A DNA stretch of 64,000 bases. Origin: Macrostomum hystrix. Its lineage: Eukaryota > Animalia > Platyhelminthes. The stretch lies in NCBI GenBank assembly GCA_950097015.1, contig CATNEN010000041.1:3534001-3598000 (forward strand), in the 5' to 3' direction. This document shows, in pieces, positions 60,401 through 64,000 of the stretch. Each line of letters starts with the position of its first letter. Within the stretch, counting starts at the first letter, position 1. A model generated the notes under the pieces. It was given only the letters and a program-made list of their open reading frames with translations, was not told the DNA's origin and did no database searches. The position numbers were made by a program, and so were the translations under genes.

Positions 60401-62921
60401 CAGGGAACCACTTACCCGGCCTGCCACGGAATCTGGCGCTACTGGGCGCCGCCGCTGGAGCGATCCCGTCTCGCCACAATTGCCTTTTGTGGCTCCTACG
60501 CAGGTGCCGTCCTAGGTCTCTTTCTGTCCGGCCTCCTATCCGACTGGATGGGCTGGTCCGCCCCGTTCTACTTCTACGGTAAGTTCAGGTGTCGTAGCAC
60601 GCCCGTAAGCGCCTGCACTAGTCACTTACTTAAGAAGTTTAGCTCAATAAACTGCAGTCACTCAATTATGTCCCCTTGATCAGACTGACAGCAGCAGGCT
60701 TTCTTAAAGAACAGCAACTGATCGTGCCGCCGATATCAATGAAACTTGCTCCAGTGTTATAAAAGGATGTTTCCAAATTCCAAAATGAGCTCAAGACTGA
60801 GTGCGAAACCACAAGAACCTTGGTAAACAGATTTTAGCGGCACTGGAGCAGCATTAAGTAACCCGCTTAGGAAGGCAACGTCATGCAAGAGTGCTAAGAA
60901 CTACTCACAAAAAATGCGTTGGATCTCAGAAAGCTGAAGGTGGCTATCAAAGGAAGCAGCCGTCCTAGCCCAACCTAATCCGCATCTTCTCTTTCAATTT
61001 CCGCAATTCCGCGCCTTTTATGACGATTTCGTGCGAAAGTAAGCGAAAGAAAAAGAGCTTTTTTATTAGCTGCAGGGCTAGCCCAGTCTCAATCCAAGTC
61101 CTTTGTTACTTGCTCAGTTGGGCGTGATTGTGCTAAGAATAGATTAAGCTTGCGGAGGCGAGGATTCGACCTTCACCGATCTGAATAGCAAGAAATCGAT
61201 ATTAACAAGTCTCTGTGGAAGATCAGTTGGGCGGAGCACTAATTATGACCCTGAGCATGATAAAGCAACACAGAACTTTGTGCTTGGGGTTAGTCGAAGG
61301 CGAGAAGCAAGTAACTTTAACAATGACCCGGCGCTGGCCGCTTAATTAGCCCGCAGGCACGCGAGTCATTATTCTCTACCAGTGCCCCAAAGGTGCTTCC
61401 TCGTCTGCAGCTCTTGTTTCGAGTTCACGAGATCCACTACGTGAATTGAAGTAGCTCTAGTAAAAAACCTGGTGGCCCTTAATCGCAGGTTTAAAACGTG
61501 ATTGATGCTGCAGTTACAGGGCACTATGAGTCGGCTAGAATTGGACAGGATAGTAGGGCTTGAAGAGACGAATTTAAAGCTTAGGGTGGAATTTTGAGAG
61601 CTCTTGCCTACAGAAGTGTGGAAGATTTTAATAAATGCCACAAGAAAACCGGATCTACAAGACCCTTTACATGAAAATGTCCGTAAAAATCAAAATGCTC
61701 ACTTGCAAAGTCAGTCCCTCTGAGTCAATGAGTCTGATCTGTACTTAACAATCTGCGAGGGTAGTTGCAGTGTATTCTAAGTTCCAGCCTATTCTACAGA
61801 GAAGCTTTTAAACTACGAGTACGAGCGCGTAATTTAGCACTAAACTAATTTGACAGCCATTTTCTGTCAGCCCAACTGCCTGGTCGGTTCCAATCACATG
61901 TTATGACAGCAGTCACAGTTCGCTGAAATAATATTTCTTTTAGGCGTACTTGGCATCGCCTGGTTTTCTGTCTGGTGGTTCAACGCATTCGAACGGCCTG
62001 GCTTGCACCCGACGATCAGCGAGGAAGAGCGCGTCTATATCGAGACATCAATCGGAGAGCTGTCAACAGTGTCGGATAAGGTACACAAAAACCTTTTTCT
62101 GAGTAATTAAAAGCTGTCTCGACTTCTCTTCTAGGCTTCATTAGGAATAGCAGTCTTAAGTAGCGTCTATGTTACGTGTGACCGATTGGGTTGGACTAGG
62201 TTTTAATAGCGGATCCACTCAATCGTGGTATTGGGTCCCTTATGAGCACGGGGCCTTGTAGTTGAAGGTGTCCTGCTGCCTCTTGAATTGAAACATATTC
62301 TGAAGTTATCAGGAAGTTTCTGCACCCTAAAGGCAACACATTAGATGCAGTAGCACATTTTTTCTAGAAAATTTCACTCGAAATGCAATAGCTTGTAGTC
62401 CAAAGAAAAAAGTTTATGTGAAATTTATAATTTAATTTCATTTAATTTCAGAACATGCGCATTCCCTGGCGCAAGTTCTTCACATCAATGCCGGTTTATG
62501 CCATCATTGTGGCCAACTTCGCTCGCAGTTGGTCGTTCTATCTGCTCATCACCGAGCAGACAAAGTACTTCAGGGATGTGCACAAGTACGACATGACTGA
62601 AGTAAGACGATAGGACTTTGAAGAGATTCCAATCTGGGACGTTGGTGTCGGGGCAGTGTGAATGGCTGTCTGAGCTGACTTATTCGAAATCGGAATACAA
62701 GACAAAGGAGCTTCATACTGTAGTTGGATAAACAGAACTCACTATTTTTTAATGGCAGCCAAAAAACAGATTTTAGTGTTATATTTTCTAGAGCGGAATA
62801 TTCTCAGCCCTGCCACACCTGGTCATGGCGATCATCGTTCCGCTTGGCGGTCAGTTGGCCGACAGACTGCGAAAAAAGCTACTGACAACAACCGTGGTGA
62901 GGAAGATCTTCAACTGCGGTG
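54452..62921 (+). CDS. VGLUT: Vesicular glutamate transporter (SLC17A6/7/8, eat-4-like), 5' part; exons 54452-54528, 58678-59005, 59555-59788, 60404-60578, 61944-62080, 62452-62601, 62792-62921; continues beyond the window
   Basis: [12 protein letters not shown] (compare VGLUT2 MESVKQRILAPG), [85 protein letters not shown]. All junctions are in phase. Confidence 0.93.
57831..58576. repeat. 67-bp tandem repeat, about 11 copies, in VGLUT intron 1
   Basis: GCGTTTCG recurs at 57898, 57965, 58032, 58099 ... 58501 and 58568, with a few variant positions. Confidence 0.97.
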
Positions 62922-64000
62922 GTAAGTCAGTCTAGTAAGCCCAATAAACTGTGAAGCTGCAGAGACTGGGAATCTTGGAAATTGGCTGCCTTGAGGGTCT
63001 ACCATTTCCCCCCCCCCAGTTTTGCCTGGTATTCCCAGTCAAGGGTCATTGTCCAAGTTAGAATATTAGATAATCGTGACAATATTTTAGTTTCCACAAT
63101 TCTTTCAGTTTGCTGGTTAAAAATATCAGAAAATCTCTTTGGTCTGACGTTTTGAAAGCCAACAAAATACACTAGTATTTCTAATAATGCACCAATAATC
63201 ACGAGCTAAGAATTTATCGAGTAGTAACTCCCTAACCAGACAAAAGCAGAAGCAGCTGAGAGCTAAACCAATGAAGCGCGGCTATCGGGCCAGGAAGTTG
63301 TGGAGATGCAGTGAAAGGACTCTGTCTGAATAATGAGCACGCAATGCTGCATCAACAGCACCCGAGTCCCGCTCGGACAACGGCTGGCTCGAATAACTAA
63401 TCCCTGCCACTGCGAGTCGGTGGGGATAAATCTCCTCTCGTTTCAGGCACGCCCTGCAGTCACAAAAGCCCGCGGAAATCTCCAGGACACAAAAGGGTTG
63501 TGTAGGAGGGACAGCGGATAGCGACTTACAAAGGCGTGTTTGTGTTCCATGCTTAATTAAGCTGGGCCCACTAGATGCAAGGGAAGCCTGGGAGCGGTCT
63601 GGCTTGCTGCATCTGCTGCTCAGCCGACTGGAAGCTGAAAAAAATTTAATGTTTGGCGCTAATGTTAGTGGCCCAATACTTTAAAGAAGTTTTCCGTGCT
63701 TTGCTACTCGTATTTAAAGATAAAAGCCTGAACATAGTTCTCGGAGCAAATTCGCAATAAGTAGCCATCGGAATGAAGAAGCTGAGGCCCTTGGACACAA
63801 ACACGAAACTAGACAACAGTCTGGATTCAGCCACGCTGGCTGAATTTTCAATTCGATTCAGCTTAAAGGGCTAATGATACGATCCGCGAGAAATGTATTA
63901 TTGGCACTCGACTTTAAACTCTGAGATCTTTCAATATAACAGGAATGCCTTTTTAGCTATATATATCGTCCCAGGATCCAGATACTGACCCAAATTCTGC

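Noticed and set aside
60640-64000. Further VGLUT exons or named elements in the intronic segments at 60.6-61.9 kb and 63-64 kb
   Set aside because: The expected next exon (FGMEA-like) was not found and no TE motif could be recognised with confidence.

Overview
Eukaryotic (invertebrate animal) genomic DNA with spliced genes and many transposons; the style fits a flatworm such as Macrostomum, but that is unverified inference. Genes I assembled by hand from GT-AG signals and phase matching: the last two exons of a JmjC/cupin-like gene (+), AMPK catalytic alpha subunit (-, 6 coding exons), a divergent Wee1-like kinase (+), a SAXO/FAM154-like microtubule protein (+), LARP1 (+, 7 exons), RBM24/38-like (+, 5 exons) and a vesicular glutamate transporter (+, 7 exons, running off the right edge). 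Mobile DNA: the 5' part of a Mag-like Ty3/gypsy element with a 168-bp LTR, an intact DD34D mariner, a Sola-like DDD transposase with a PHD finger split by an 885-bp foldback element with an 8-bp TSD, a tRNA-derived SINE with an 11-bp TSD, two MITEs, and decayed LINE, Tc1 and PIF1/Helitron pieces. There are three tandem arrays (28, 97 and 67 bp units). No CRISPR array, rRNA or intact tRNA was seen. The most notable items are the nested foldback/transposase pair, the Wee1-like kinase lacking the catalytic-loop lysine, the intact mariner, and a decayed duplicate of AMPK exon 2 inside AMPK intron 1. I found no clearly new multi-gene system.
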